Below the pieces are notes generated by a model, which ran no database searches, was not told where the DNA came from, and saw only the letters and a list, made by a program, of their open reading frames with translations. Positions 37,149 to 46,593 of a stretch of DNA of 64,000 bases are shown piece after piece. The position numbers and the translations under genes are program-made. Location of the stretch: positions 186,001-250,000 of IMG/VR virus record IMGVR_UViG_3300044846_005229; one strand, 5' to 3'. The stretch's first letter is position 1; the number at the start of each line of letters is the position of its first letter.

Positions 37149-37586
37149 TTACTTGTTGCCAGGATTTTTATTGTTATTTTTCCGTTTATTGTCATTTAAC
37201 AAATTATTTATCATCTTAGTGAGAATCTTATTGACAGGCTCTGGGACCTGGTAAACGGGGATTTTTGGTTTTTTGCCGGGAGCTTTCGCTGCAGGGGCTT
37301 TCGTTTCGGGTTTTGTCACCGGGGACTTTGCTGCTGGTGACTTTGCTGCGGGTAACTTACGTTGGGCCAATATCTGATTAGCAACTTTGGTGATCGCTGG
37401 ATTTAAAGCCCAAGGAATATCAACCATGCAAACATGGTAACCCGGGATGCAAGAAGCCCCGCAAGATTTCCCCTTTTTGCATTTCTTTCTTTTTAGTTTG
37501 GGTAAATTGAGACCACCTAGCCTAGCTATTTGACCACGTTTAGCGGCATTAATTTGGCCCTCAGTTCTTCTTTCAATTAAAGGCAT
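37149..37586 (-). CDS. basic protein with KCKKGKSCGASCI...C motif and PAAK repeats
   Basis: Four-Cys motif and Lys/Pro/Ala-rich tail. Confidence 0.6.
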   Translation of the reverse strand: MPLIERRTEGQINAAKRGQIARLGGLNLPKLKRKKCKKGKSCGASCIPGYHVCMVDIPWALNPAITKVANQILAQRKLPAAKSPAAKSPVTKPETKAPAAKAPGKKPKIPVYQVPEPVNKILTKMINNLLNDNKRKNNNKNPGNK

Positions 37587-37611
37587 CTAGGGTGGATCGC
37601 TTGGTCTTATT

Positions 37612-38016
37612 TTACCCCGTTACCTTTCTTTCCTTACCCCGATAATTACCCCTAAGGGCCCTATGAATCCCCTCAAACCATCCTACCTTATGAGGATCCC
37701 CACACTTCCACAACGGTAAATGAGATAGCAAATATCGTTTTTCCTCATTAACCAAACAAGCGATTGCGCTAGGGTCATAACCTTCATAGTCGGGGTCATA
37801 GAACTTAACTACCGGTATAGAGTGGTACTCTAATGATAAGAGTAAATCTATCAGGTGCCATCTCCCCTCAACTGTTAGCCAAACGAAAGAGGGATGCTCG
37901 CCCTCAGGAACTCCCCGTAAACGGCAATACTCCAGCTGAGCATGAGCAGATTGAATAGCTTGCTGATGGGTAGGGAGATCACGCCTAGAAATGGCGTAGA
38001 AGTGTTTTGGGCTCAT
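37612..38016 (-). CDS. peptidyl-tRNA hydrolase 2-like protein
   Basis: YAISRRDL...QAIQSAHA...L.V...F.DPD...SAIA...L..LPLW pattern of PTH2-fold phage proteins. Confidence 0.6.
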   Translation of the reverse strand: MSPKHFYAISRRDLPTHQQAIQSAHAQLEYCRLRGVPEGEHPSFVWLTVEGRWHLIDLLLSLEYHSIPVVKFYDPDYEGYDPSAIACLVNEEKRYLLSHLPLWKCGDPHKVGWFEGIHRALRGNYRGKERKVTG

Positions 38017-38021
38017 ATTTC

Positions 38022-38453
38022 CTAGGTGGGTATACTAACGGAATTATCACTCTGGGTTAAGTCCACATCTGATAAATTAAAAAGTTCTTTAAAGAACTCG
38101 ACTTCACCTGAGAATTCAACTGGTACAGTAGCCAAATTAGCAAAAATTGCTGCAGCTAAGCGGTGATTACCGTCAGTGAGTATCCAATCCATAGAGTAAC
38201 CCATAGAGGGGATTCCTACGTCTAAGGAAATTGGATCCTTAAACCCATTCACAATGAAATAAGCTATTCTTGCTGCGTGGTCATTGGCCGTTGGTTTTCT
38301 ACCGTTAGCCCTAAGATTACTGATAGGAATCTCTAGCAAATTCCCGCAATTGACGGCCTTTTGTACCTTGGACTTTGGGACCTTGACACCCCAAGGATGA
38401 TATAGGTATGGGTCGCAAAGTTCTTTAAGCTTACTCACCGGGACATGGATCAT
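38022..38453 (-). CDS. ParB/Srx-like N-terminal domain protein
   Basis: PI...LTDGNHRLAAA motif. Confidence 0.65.
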   Translation of the reverse strand: MIHVPVSKLKELCDPYLYHPWGVKVPKSKVQKAVNCGNLLEIPISNLRANGRKPTANDHAARIAYFIVNGFKDPISLDVGIPSMGYSMDWILTDGNHRLAAAIFANLATVPVEFSGEVEFFKELFNLSDVDLTQSDNSVSIPT

Positions 38454-38476
38454 GTGTTTCTGAATACAAATGGCAT

Positions 38477-39184
38477 TTACTTATGGGGCTTCCCACGGAA
38501 TGACACCTTAGCATCAAACCCCTTCTGTGTCAACCGGTCCTTGTCTGAAATGTCAACTGGTGGCAAACTGTCGGGGTTATCTCTGAGGGAGGTCAAAAAC
38601 ATAGCAATCTCCTGGTACATTTGTTCAGCAGTGAACAAGGATGCAAACCCCAGTTCCCCCAAGTTTGGTACCGTTCGATTTAGGGTTATGTGGAATGGTT
38701 CCCTAAGGTGCTTGTAGTGGGGGTCTTCCAGAATGAAAACAGGAATTTGTAACTTTTTGGATACTTCAACGCAGGCTGAGTTTGGAACTCCAATTAGGTC
38801 TTTGATGTCTGGTTCTTTGTACCAATTTCCAGGAGATCTGCTGTAGACTAGGTCCAGGGAGGGGTGAGCCTCGGTAATTAGTTTATATTTGGGGAGATAC
38901 ACTCCGGGTTCATCAGACACCAGTAGGTACAACTTTCCACATACCGAGCACCATTTGTATGCCCAGGGGAATACATCTGGGTTTCTTTTCCAGAATATGC
39001 CATCTTTTGGCGACGGTTTAGCTGGTATCCCTCCTTTCACCCCAATAGAAAAGCATTTATCACTATACTCGTCCCTACCTTCCACGTCTCTACGAACATA
39101 AGTGTTAGCCGGATCCCCACCTTCTTGGCTATACAGGTATTCTACATAGTCGTAGTAATCTTTGAACTTTGATAGGATTTTCAT
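38477..39184 (-). CDS. hypothetical protein
   Basis: MKILSKFKDYYD...GF..K.SFR conserved-looking phage ORF. Confidence 0.7.
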   Translation of the reverse strand: MKILSKFKDYYDYVEYLYSQEGGDPANTYVRRDVEGRDEYSDKCFSIGVKGGIPAKPSPKDGIFWKRNPDVFPWAYKWCSVCGKLYLLVSDEPGVYLPKYKLITEAHPSLDLVYSRSPGNWYKEPDIKDLIGVPNSACVEVSKKLQIPVFILEDPHYKHLREPFHITLNRTVPNLGELGFASLFTAEQMYQEIAMFLTSLRDNPDSLPPVDISDKDRLTQKGFDAKVSFRGKPHK

Positions 39185-39513
39185 TGTTTTTGGGGTGAAA
39201 GGTGAATGAGTTTTACTTATCCCGTAAATCAGAACAATTTTCTATGGGACCTTAAGGGTTTGCAAAATCCTCCGTATGAATAGCCAGTATAGCAAACTTG
39301 CCCAAGCTGTCGTAGGTCTGGCTAACCCATTGCATCCCAGATTGTTCAAACCACCAATCGGAGGGTAATTCACAAAGATCAGCACTAACGCCAAACTCTG
39401 TGACCAACCAGCTTTCCCTATCGTATGCCCATGGAACATTTGAAAGCTCTGCTTTCCTGGCAATGTAAGTTCGACCGTCAGGCCCCTCAAGAAGTAGGTG
39501 CGTCATTTTTCAC

Positions 39514-39894
39514 TCAGTCCCAGTCCCCATCCAAACGTCTGCTAACCCTCCCCGCAGTTTCAGCAGCGTCTTCAATTTGGTTTCTTAAACTGATTATAAT
39601 TTTGGCAATGTTCGTGTAAATCGTTACTTCATTATAACTAAGGTTGTCAAAACCGCATTCGTATTCATCATTCTCTTCAATTCCAGACCCATCAAAAAAT
39701 TCTCTGAGAACCTTGTGGGTATTCCACTTATCCAGGAACTTGTAGTAATCTTTATCCAGGAACTTGTAGTAATCTTCTCCCTTTTGGAAATCACTCCAAG
39801 CTAGACCACTGTAGTCTGGGGGACCGCACTCTGATAGGATTTTCTTAACTTTCTTCTTTCCGGAAGAGGTCAATAATTTAGGGTCGATTTCCAT
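39514..39894 (-). CDS. hypothetical protein with in-frame 24-nt tandem duplication (DYYKFLDK x2)
   Basis: TTATCCAGGAACTTGTAGTAATCT at 39728 and 39752. Confidence 0.65.
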   Translation of the reverse strand: MEIDPKLLTSSGKKKVKKILSECGPPDYSGLAWSDFQKGEDYYKFLDKDYYKFLDKWNTHKVLREFFDGSGIEENDEYECGFDNLSYNEVTIYTNIAKIIISLRNQIEDAAETAGRVSRRLDGDWD

Positions 39895-39920
39895 TTTTCT
39901 ATTAGTGTTTGGGGTAGCAA

Positions 39921-40165
39921 GGGGACCGAAGCCCCCCGCAATGAGTCAGAATGCTATCGCTCAAACGGCGACGGCAGTCCTCTCGAATTTGACGATTTTG
40001 TTAGCGTCTATGTTGTGCTTATGCAAGCGGCTTTCGGTAATTGGCTTGCTGTCGGTCGATTCCAGAGCGGACCCTCGAAAGGGAAATGGATCCGGGGCGA
40101 TTCGAACGCCCGTGTCGCGCAGTAGTGACAACTACCTACACCCAGTTTTTAGCCGTATGGTAGGG
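39921..40165 (-). ncRNA. ssrA: two-piece (circularly permuted) tmRNA; tag ANKIVKFERTAVAV*
   Basis: T arm GGGCG-TTCGAAT-CGCCC (40095-40111) and 3' acceptor CGGATCC-A precede a 12-nt spacer and 5' acceptor GGGTCCG with G3-U70; TAGAC-GCT resume context; tag ORF 39961-40005; outer ends approximate. Confidence 0.92.
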
Positions 40166-40177
40166 CTTTAACAATTA

Positions 40178-40423
40178 TTACCCGTTACAGTTAAAAGTCG
40201 ATGTAATCTCATACTGCCTAAGTAAGTTAAACAACTCAGTTTGAAGGTCTTCGAAGCCGCCCACAAGTTGATCCTGAGTGACCGCATAGCAAGGACCCAC
40301 TTTAGAGCCAGCCCAAGGTATGATTTGTTTGTGCTCTAGAATCTTGTTCCTGTACTTAAGAAGTAGGGAGTTAATCCCGGAGGCTAGCTGAACTTTATCG
40401 GATAGAACTATTTGTTTTAACAT
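40178..40423 (-). CDS. hypothetical protein
   Basis: Start MLKQIV. Confidence 0.55.
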   Translation of the reverse strand: MLKQIVLSDKVQLASGINSLLLKYRNKILEHKQIIPWAGSKVGPCYAVTQDQLVGGFEDLQTELFNLLRQYEITSTFNCNG

Positions 40424-40497
40424 GGTGGGGGGGGTGTTGGTTACGGTGAGGGGTGGCAATAAAAGGTGATGTTGCAGGAGGGGTTGGGTCCGGGCAT

Positions 40498-40553
40498 CGC
40501 CTGCGGCGCCCGTCCCTGGTCGGGGGCTAACGCCCCCTCCCGAAATTTTCGGG
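40498..40553 (-). repeat. GC-rich triple-hairpin element, copy 2
   Basis: Matches 6149-6205; lies just downstream of a TTGCCT-N-TACAAT promoter (40563-40591). Confidence 0.75.
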
Positions 40554-40662
40554 CCATACCCCTATTGTAGCGCGTTTACTAGGGGAGGCAAGGCGGCTAA
40601 CCCCCCCACAACCCAGCAAGCTGCCTGGAGTCCACCCATTTAACATATATGGCTAGGCAGGT

Positions 40663-42231
40663 TCACCCTAGGGGGACCATCCGCCGTCTAATCCGAGTCG
40701 ATGGAACTTCGATATAAGTCAAATGTTCTTTGGCTCTTGTCACTTGGACATAACATAAGTTGTTTTCTTGAATAATTTCCCAATCTTTTCTCGCCCACTT
40801 ACTTGGGCTATAAGCATTCATACCTAGTGCATAAACATGACCCCATTCTTTGCCTTTAGAGCGATGCACTGTGGACAGGGTCAAAATGGACTGGCCCTTT
40901 GACGAATCGCTATCTCCAAACAACTCTTTAATTTTATCGATCAATACACTGATTGGATCATCCAGTTTGCATTGTTCCATCAAAACCCTTAAGGTTTCTG
41001 CTTGGTCTTCAATGTCATCGCATTTTGTATAATCCTCGTCGTCCCTGGCTTTGGCCATGGCTTTTATGTACCAGTTGGCTACTTTGGACTCTAGTTCGGA
41101 CACCTCATCACAATCCCATCGGTTTATTAACTTAATTAGACCATCTCCAATAGCCCGTCCCTCTACCCTGCATGAAATACCCTTCTTGATAAGCTTAAAA
41201 GCCAACTCAACCAGGGGCTTCGTTACTCTGCACAAGATAGCATCGCTCGGGCTAAGGTTGGGGCTCTTCAATAAATCTTCCAACTTTAGGGAATCTACAA
41301 TGCCGTCAGGCGCACCATCAAATGCCTTAATGTGGGGCACCCACCTTTGGGCCTCCTTGACAATGAGCTTTGGACAACGGAAAGTTGTTGTCAGCGGGAG
41401 ATTGATGGTGTTGAATTCTTTAGCAATTAAATCCATTGCATTGTGGTCAGCACCAGTGTACGCATTGATCGACTGATGGCTATCCCCAACAGCAATTAGA
41501 CGCCCATTAGGGGCAAGCATCATCTTAATGAGCTTACGTCTTACGGGGTTAGTATCCTGTGCTTCATCTAGGAGGACCCAGTCGTATTGCTTAGATTTTA
41601 ACCCCAAAAGGACTGGCCCATATACCATGTCATCGAAGTCAATTATTTTCGGGATAGCCCTATTACTTTCTTTTAGGACAGCACGAGCTTCTTTGATTCC
41701 GTCACTTAGTGATGCAAACTTAGGGAGAGCCAAATCCAGGGAAAAGTGATCAACCATGTGGTTCCAAGCCTGGGTATCATCAATGTTTGAAAAAATACCT
41801 ATCCCAATTTGTTTGGCTTTTGATGCAGTATTTATGGCAAATGTGCGCAAATAAGGGTTTTTAACGACAGAGTCTGCAATTTTTTTGAGTTTTTTGTACC
41901 CGTCTAGCTCTACCCTTGGGTAAGAAGAGCGTAAAATTTTATACCCGAAACTATGAACGGTGCCAATATTAAGTCGATCCCCGATTTGCATTGGGCTAGA
42001 TCTTACTTCAAGTTCTTTGACAATGGCTTTGTTATAGGCGCAAAAACCCACATCGCCCTTAGTTCGAGGGAGAACTCCAAGTAAAACCTTAGTTTTTCCT
42101 GACCCTGCCACAGCTTCAACAAGTGCAGATCCTTCACCTTTGACGGCCCATTCTGCTACTGCATACTGCTCAGGGGATGGGGTTGGCCCTTTGGTTGTGG
42201 TTGAATCGTCAGTAGGTTGGGGTATTAGCAT
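40663..42231 (-). CDS. UvrD/Rep-like superfamily 1 helicase
   Basis: AVAGSGKT, TVHSFG, LLDEAQD, AVGD..QSI.A..GA, L.TTFRCP, STVHRSKGKEW, YV..TRAK. Confidence 0.93.
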   Translation of the reverse strand: MLIPQPTDDSTTTKGPTPSPEQYAVAEWAVKGEGSALVEAVAGSGKTKVLLGVLPRTKGDVGFCAYNKAIVKELEVRSSPMQIGDRLNIGTVHSFGYKILRSSYPRVELDGYKKLKKIADSVVKNPYLRTFAINTASKAKQIGIGIFSNIDDTQAWNHMVDHFSLDLALPKFASLSDGIKEARAVLKESNRAIPKIIDFDDMVYGPVLLGLKSKQYDWVLLDEAQDTNPVRRKLIKMMLAPNGRLIAVGDSHQSINAYTGADHNAMDLIAKEFNTINLPLTTTFRCPKLIVKEAQRWVPHIKAFDGAPDGIVDSLKLEDLLKSPNLSPSDAILCRVTKPLVELAFKLIKKGISCRVEGRAIGDGLIKLINRWDCDEVSELESKVANWYIKAMAKARDDEDYTKCDDIEDQAETLRVLMEQCKLDDPISVLIDKIKELFGDSDSSKGQSILTLSTVHRSKGKEWGHVYALGMNAYSPSKWARKDWEIIQENNLCYVQVTRAKEHLTYIEVPSTRIRRRMVPLG

Positions 42232-42522
42232 CTTGGTTGCGGTTTGGTTGCGGTTTAGTAGTTGGTTGGTAGTTGGTTTATTGCTGGGTGTGTCAAATTA
42301 ACTTATGGCAATATGGCAATGTGGCAATGTCCCAGTGGGGATCTCCTGAAAGATCCACCCATGCGCAGTATTTGCCGTTAACTGAAACGAAGAATACTTT
42401 AGTGCCTTTCCGCTGTTCGATGTTGATGTTGGGGTTTCCACCCATTGAATTTATCAGGCGGTTCCTGGCTTTGTTTGAGATTGGAATTGCTCGGGCCATT
42501 TTCGACTTTGGAACTTACTTCT

Positions 42523-42551
42523 ATTATAGTACATGCCTGCCGTAAAGTCAA
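42523..42551 (-). promoter_or_regulatory. sigma70-like promoter
   Basis: TTGACT-17 nt-TATAAT. Confidence 0.75.
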
Positions 42552-42572
42552 TGGCCCCAAGGTTAACTACCT

Positions 42573-43058
42573 TTAGTTAAAACTAGGCTCTAGCAATAGT
42601 GCCAGCATTTCCTGAATAGTTTTGTAGACGGGGTCTTCAGGTGAGAAGGAAAACTTTTGAGTTGCTTTATTGTCGATCCATTCGCGGATGCCGGTTCCAA
42701 ACTCAGTTGACCTTGCATACCAATCACATACCATCTCAGCAACATAGACTTTCGGCATGTCGTGGATGCTACCCCAGTATTCGGGGTGATGTGGGTTCAC
42801 GGACTGATGATGTTTGATGACTTCAGAAAGTAAAGGGTCTGAATGAAAAAGGTGGGCAAACTCTATACCTTTGAATTTAGAATTATCATGGATTTGCCCG
42901 TTGGCAATTAGGTTGCGACCAAGCTCAATTTCACCACGCTTTATTAGTTTGAGCCCCAGCTTATAGCAGCCCCTTTGAACATTCTGAATGTGGTTAAAAA
43001 CAAGTTCTATTTTGTCGATGGATTCAGTTTCGATTGTCATTTGGGGAGTGCCTGGCAT
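42573..43058 (-). CDS. DUF5662-like HD-related protein
   Basis: H...V...HDNSKF...HH...NPHHPEYW...MP...V.EMVCDW. Confidence 0.7.
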   Translation of the reverse strand: MPGTPQMTIETESIDKIELVFNHIQNVQRGCYKLGLKLIKRGEIELGRNLIANGQIHDNSKFKGIEFAHLFHSDPLLSEVIKHHQSVNPHHPEYWGSIHDMPKVYVAEMVCDWYARSTEFGTGIREWIDNKATQKFSFSPEDPVYKTIQEMLALLLEPSFN

Positions 43059-43099
43059 TCATCATTGATACCTAAGCTATTACCCTGCTTTACCGGGCT

Positions 43100-44224
43100 C
43101 TAGCAATGATAGTGATAGAATTTTTCTATGGTATCACCACACAAATAGTTGATTAATTCGTCATCAATCGTGTTTGGTAAAACGCACTCATTTTTCATTA
43201 CGTGGTCGGCTTCGTCAAATAGTCGGTTTACAATAGAAATAAGTTCGCTATAGGTGACCCTACCATACTTAATATCAAGAAGGAACTCTGCGTCACCGAC
43301 CAATTTTCTATCTACGAATAACTTACCGGCCCGCATCCCTTCAATAGCCATTTTCATAAGCCTCACGCAATGACTAGCATTCTTACCATCATACCCACAA
43401 GCCCGTTCAATTTCAGATCGCTTGACATTTCTATTCGTCAACCAATCTTGATAGTTGCCCCATCTTTTTAGGTCTGCCCGGTATTGCTGACTGGAATGAA
43501 GCAAGGCCATGTATTCATCACTTGCCCTTGTGATTTTTTGTGTTTCGTCAAAGCATTGCGTTGGCAGAACACTCTGTTTCAGAATACCTTTCCAATCAAT
43601 CTGGTTGTTAAGTAGCTCATACAGCTCTGTTGAGGGTTGATAGTATTCAATTCTATCTTTAATCAACAGATACAAATACTCAATAAACGACTCGATCTGC
43701 GACGGTGTTAAGCTCGGTGAAGGAACTCCGTAGTCTTCCCACTCTGGTTTCCTTGTTGGTGGATCCCGCAGCCATTTACGGTGAGTTTCCATCTTTTTGA
43801 TTTGAGACTTTGCATACTGGACAAATGTGCCAGAGATTCTTTTGGAGATTAGTTTTGTTCGATTGTTGATCAGGGACTGCCCAAGGTAATCAAGGTAGAT
43901 ATAGCTATCGGGGGTCTGCCAAAGCATCTCCAGGATGTTGGGGTTTTGCGACCGTAACAGGCTGAGGTATCGCCTGATGCCATAAACTACTGAGTCGGAA
44001 TTGTCTAATTCAGGAAATCTTGTCCTAAAAGTTGGTTCCCCGTCATGCACCCACCCTTTATCCTTTTGCTCAAATGTTTCTAATGTAGTATAAAATCTCC
44101 TTGGTGCAACACAGATACCTTTAAAGTCAAGGTCTGACATTTCAGTATTTAGGCCATAGGCGTGACTACCTGACTTACAGAATAGAATCATTCCATCTTC
44201 AATTTCCTTTCGTGTAATTGTCAT
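43100..44224 (-). CDS. pol-beta superfamily nucleotidyltransferase (RlaP/NrdC.11-like)
   Basis: GSHAYGLNT..SD.DFKG, NPNILEML, GYDGKNASH..RL...A.E. Confidence 0.85.
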   Translation of the reverse strand: MTITRKEIEDGMILFCKSGSHAYGLNTEMSDLDFKGICVAPRRFYTTLETFEQKDKGWVHDGEPTFRTRFPELDNSDSVVYGIRRYLSLLRSQNPNILEMLWQTPDSYIYLDYLGQSLINNRTKLISKRISGTFVQYAKSQIKKMETHRKWLRDPPTRKPEWEDYGVPSPSLTPSQIESFIEYLYLLIKDRIEYYQPSTELYELLNNQIDWKGILKQSVLPTQCFDETQKITRASDEYMALLHSSQQYRADLKRWGNYQDWLTNRNVKRSEIERACGYDGKNASHCVRLMKMAIEGMRAGKLFVDRKLVGDAEFLLDIKYGRVTYSELISIVNRLFDEADHVMKNECVLPNTIDDELINYLCGDTIEKFYHYHC

Positions 44225-44241
44225 TTTGAGGGGGAGTCTCG

Positions 44242-44583
44242 TTAAGCAGGATCGTTAGCTTCTAGGAGGTACTCTGATCGGATCAAGTGCTCGTCAACTT
44301 CGTAACAAGAAAGGATAGTAATTTTGTCGTGAGGTCCATCAGAGCCAAACTCTTCTTGTACTGCAGCCCTCAGAGCATTTACAAAGGAGTCTAAACAGTC
44401 TAAATTTCCGCAAACTCCGGTATTTGTCCTGAGGCACTGGATTTCGATGGTGGCCCTATAACGTTTGATTCTCGATGCTTCGACTGAAGCAATGTCAGCT
44501 TTTAGTTTCCGAATTTGGAGGTCGGTTAGTTGAGCTAGATCAATCAATTCCATTGGGTTTTCACTTTTTTGTGTAATTGTCAT
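44242..44583 (-). CDS. hypothetical protein
   Basis: ORF in array. Confidence 0.6.
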   Translation of the reverse strand: MTITQKSENPMELIDLAQLTDLQIRKLKADIASVEASRIKRYRATIEIQCLRTNTGVCGNLDCLDSFVNALRAAVQEEFGSDGPHDKITILSCYEVDEHLIRSEYLLEANDPA

Positions 44584-44794
44584 TTTTCGTGTAATTGGTT
44601 TTAAGGTTTACCCCTTGAATGAAGAACATGACAGTAAAACAACTAGTCATAAACCACCTGAAAAGTTCTGTGGAGTGCCCCATTTTCAACGCTTGTGAGT
44701 ATGTCCCTAGAAGGAAGCAACCCGCGCCGTAAAACAACAAGCTCAAGGTACTAGGCATAGCGCCAATTTGATTTATTTAAAGGCAAAATGTAAA

Positions 44795-45055
44795 TCATTG
44801 GGTCCATTCTCTCAAGTCCACAATTTCATACCAATCATATTCCCGATTGGGGTCTTTGCTATCGCTAATGGTATAACATATTTTATTGCTTTTTAGGTGA
44901 CCCTTCATTTTACCTGAGTTGAAGAATGTCGGATAGTCAATATAATTAATTTTTTCTCGGGCTTCTGCCACTGATTCGTAGCACTTTATCCAATCCTGAT
45001 CTCCGGCTGACGGGTAAAGGTTGTCTCCAGCAATCAGCAAATAGGGTCTATTCAT
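44795..45055 (-). CDS. hypothetical protein
   Basis: YLLIAGD..YPS.G..DW motif; coupled overlap. Confidence 0.6.
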   Translation of the reverse strand: MNRPYLLIAGDNLYPSAGDQDWIKCYESVAEAREKINYIDYPTFFNSGKMKGHLKSNKICYTISDSKDPNREYDWYEIVDLREWTQ

Positions 45056-45263
45056 AGTAACACCAAATCTTCAGGGCAGCAAGATTGGGATGTGGTCCCA
45101 GCCCAGCCCAGCCTCGATACTGCTTTGTCAAACTTTACAAATACGTTTTTGCCATTATTGGATGATACGGTGCCATGTTCAACGTCAGGGTGGTTGATTT
45201 CCCCGTGGGCGTGCCCCGGAATATAAGCCACTTTGACTCCGGGTGTTGCAAGTTTGATGTCAA

Positions 45264-45512
45264 TCATTGGTTTTTAGTGTTATTTAATTTGATTTCTAAT
45301 GATAGGACTCTTAGGGTCATCTCCTCTGCCCTGGTAGCCATCTCCTCGGCTCTGAGAGCCATGCGTTCAGCTTTGTAAGCCATTTCCTCAGCCTTGAGCG
45401 CCATTTCCTCAGCTTTGAGCAACACTTCTTCGGCATTAAGAGCCGGGGTACGTTTGTTTATGGGCGGCAATGGTTGCTTCATCCACAATGGCAGATATGC
45501 TGGGCTCCACAT
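45264..45512 (-). CDS. small coiled-coil protein with (L/Y)(K/R)AE(E/R)MA heptad repeats
   Basis: 21-nt tandem repeats at about 45325-45435. Confidence 0.6.
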   Translation of the reverse strand: MWSPAYLPLWMKQPLPPINKRTPALNAEEVLLKAEEMALKAEEMAYKAERMALRAEEMATRAEEMTLRVLSLEIKLNNTKNQ

Positions 45513-45533
45513 GGGTTTAAAGGTAAGTTATAA

Positions 45534-46142
45534 TTAGTTTGAACCCAGAACGAACCGAGCGAATCGCTTCACAACGATGTTTTCTCCCACAGTAGCAGCG
45601 AAGTTCTTGGTATAAGTTTCGATAGTCATCGTGCCATCTTTGATATAAGGTTGGTCCATCAGGGACATTTCCTTAAAGCGTTTGGCTACACGACCTACAA
45701 CAATTCTGCTACGCATTGCTTCTGGCTTTTTGGCAAGGTCTTCTTTGCCCATTTCGATTCGAGTCTCGTCCAATAGGATAGACTCAGGAATGTCGGATAT
45801 TGAGACATAGCTTACAGAAGGGCACGCCGCAACTTGCATTGCCAAAGTGCGAACGAACTCTTGGAATGGCCCAGATTTTGCCACAAAATCAGTTTCGCAA
45901 TTCACTTCGATGAGTACACCGATCTTGCCACCTGTATGGATATAACTGGATACAGTCCCTTCCAGGGTTGTACGGCCAATCTTTCCATCAGCTAAGACAA
46001 TACCTTTTTGACGTAGCCAAGTGATTGCCCCGGCTTCGTCGCCTTGGGAGGCTTCCAGTGCTTCTTTGCAAAGCATCATGCCTGCCCCGGTTTTTTCACG
46101 GAGCGCTTTAATTTGTGGAATCGTGGGTTGGGTGTAAGTCAT
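45534..46142 (-). CDS. tsf: translation elongation factor Ts (short, cyanobacterial type)
   Basis: K.LREKTGAGMM.CK.AL, SYIHTGGKIGVLIEVNCETDFVAK, LAMQVAA, GENI.V.RF.RF. Confidence 0.97.
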   Translation of the reverse strand: MTYTQPTIPQIKALREKTGAGMMLCKEALEASQGDEAGAITWLRQKGIVLADGKIGRTTLEGTVSSYIHTGGKIGVLIEVNCETDFVAKSGPFQEFVRTLAMQVAACPSVSYVSISDIPESILLDETRIEMGKEDLAKKPEAMRSRIVVGRVAKRFKEMSLMDQPYIKDGTMTIETYTKNFAATVGENIVVKRFARFVLGSN

Positions 46143-46202
46143 TTTGTTTTAGGTACTTATTTGAAGAGTGGGGCATTGGGATCCACTTCGGTGCCTGTTA
46201 AT

Positions 46203-46541
46203 TCAAGCTGGGCAGGGACCTTCGGGTCCCTCATAGTCATCATCACCGTAGTCATCATCTTCCCAGTCATCGTCCTCAATATAATCAAAGGGACAATACC
46301 CAGAAGATAAATCGTGGTCTTCAAAAAGCTTTACAAACGCAAGATCATCGGATACCATTGTGATTTCGCCTTCGGTTATGACACCGGAAATTTCACTGTG
46401 CTTCCCAAGGACTTCGCCAAAGTAGATTTCTTTTTGGCTGTTAATAAGTCGCTTTACTTCTTCAGGGTCAGCTACGAAGATTCCTTCGAGGCTACCCATC
46501 CGGCCGTGGTCTTGGTGAAACTTGTAGATGGCTTTATTCAT
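46203..46541 (-). CDS. hypothetical protein with acidic tail
   Basis: D.GRMGSLEG.F...YFGEVLGKHSE motif. Confidence 0.7.
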   Translation of the reverse strand: MNKAIYKFHQDHGRMGSLEGIFVADPEEVKRLINSQKEIYFGEVLGKHSEISGVITEGEITMVSDDLAFVKLFEDHDLSSGYCPFDYIEDDDWEDDDYGDDDYEGPEGPCPA

Positions 46542-46593
46542 TTGTTTGTGTATGGTGGTACTTCAACCGCTGACTGTTAGTAAGCTAATTGAA

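Noticed and set aside
39905-40171. 88-aa plus-strand ORF
   Set aside because: It is antisense to the tmRNA
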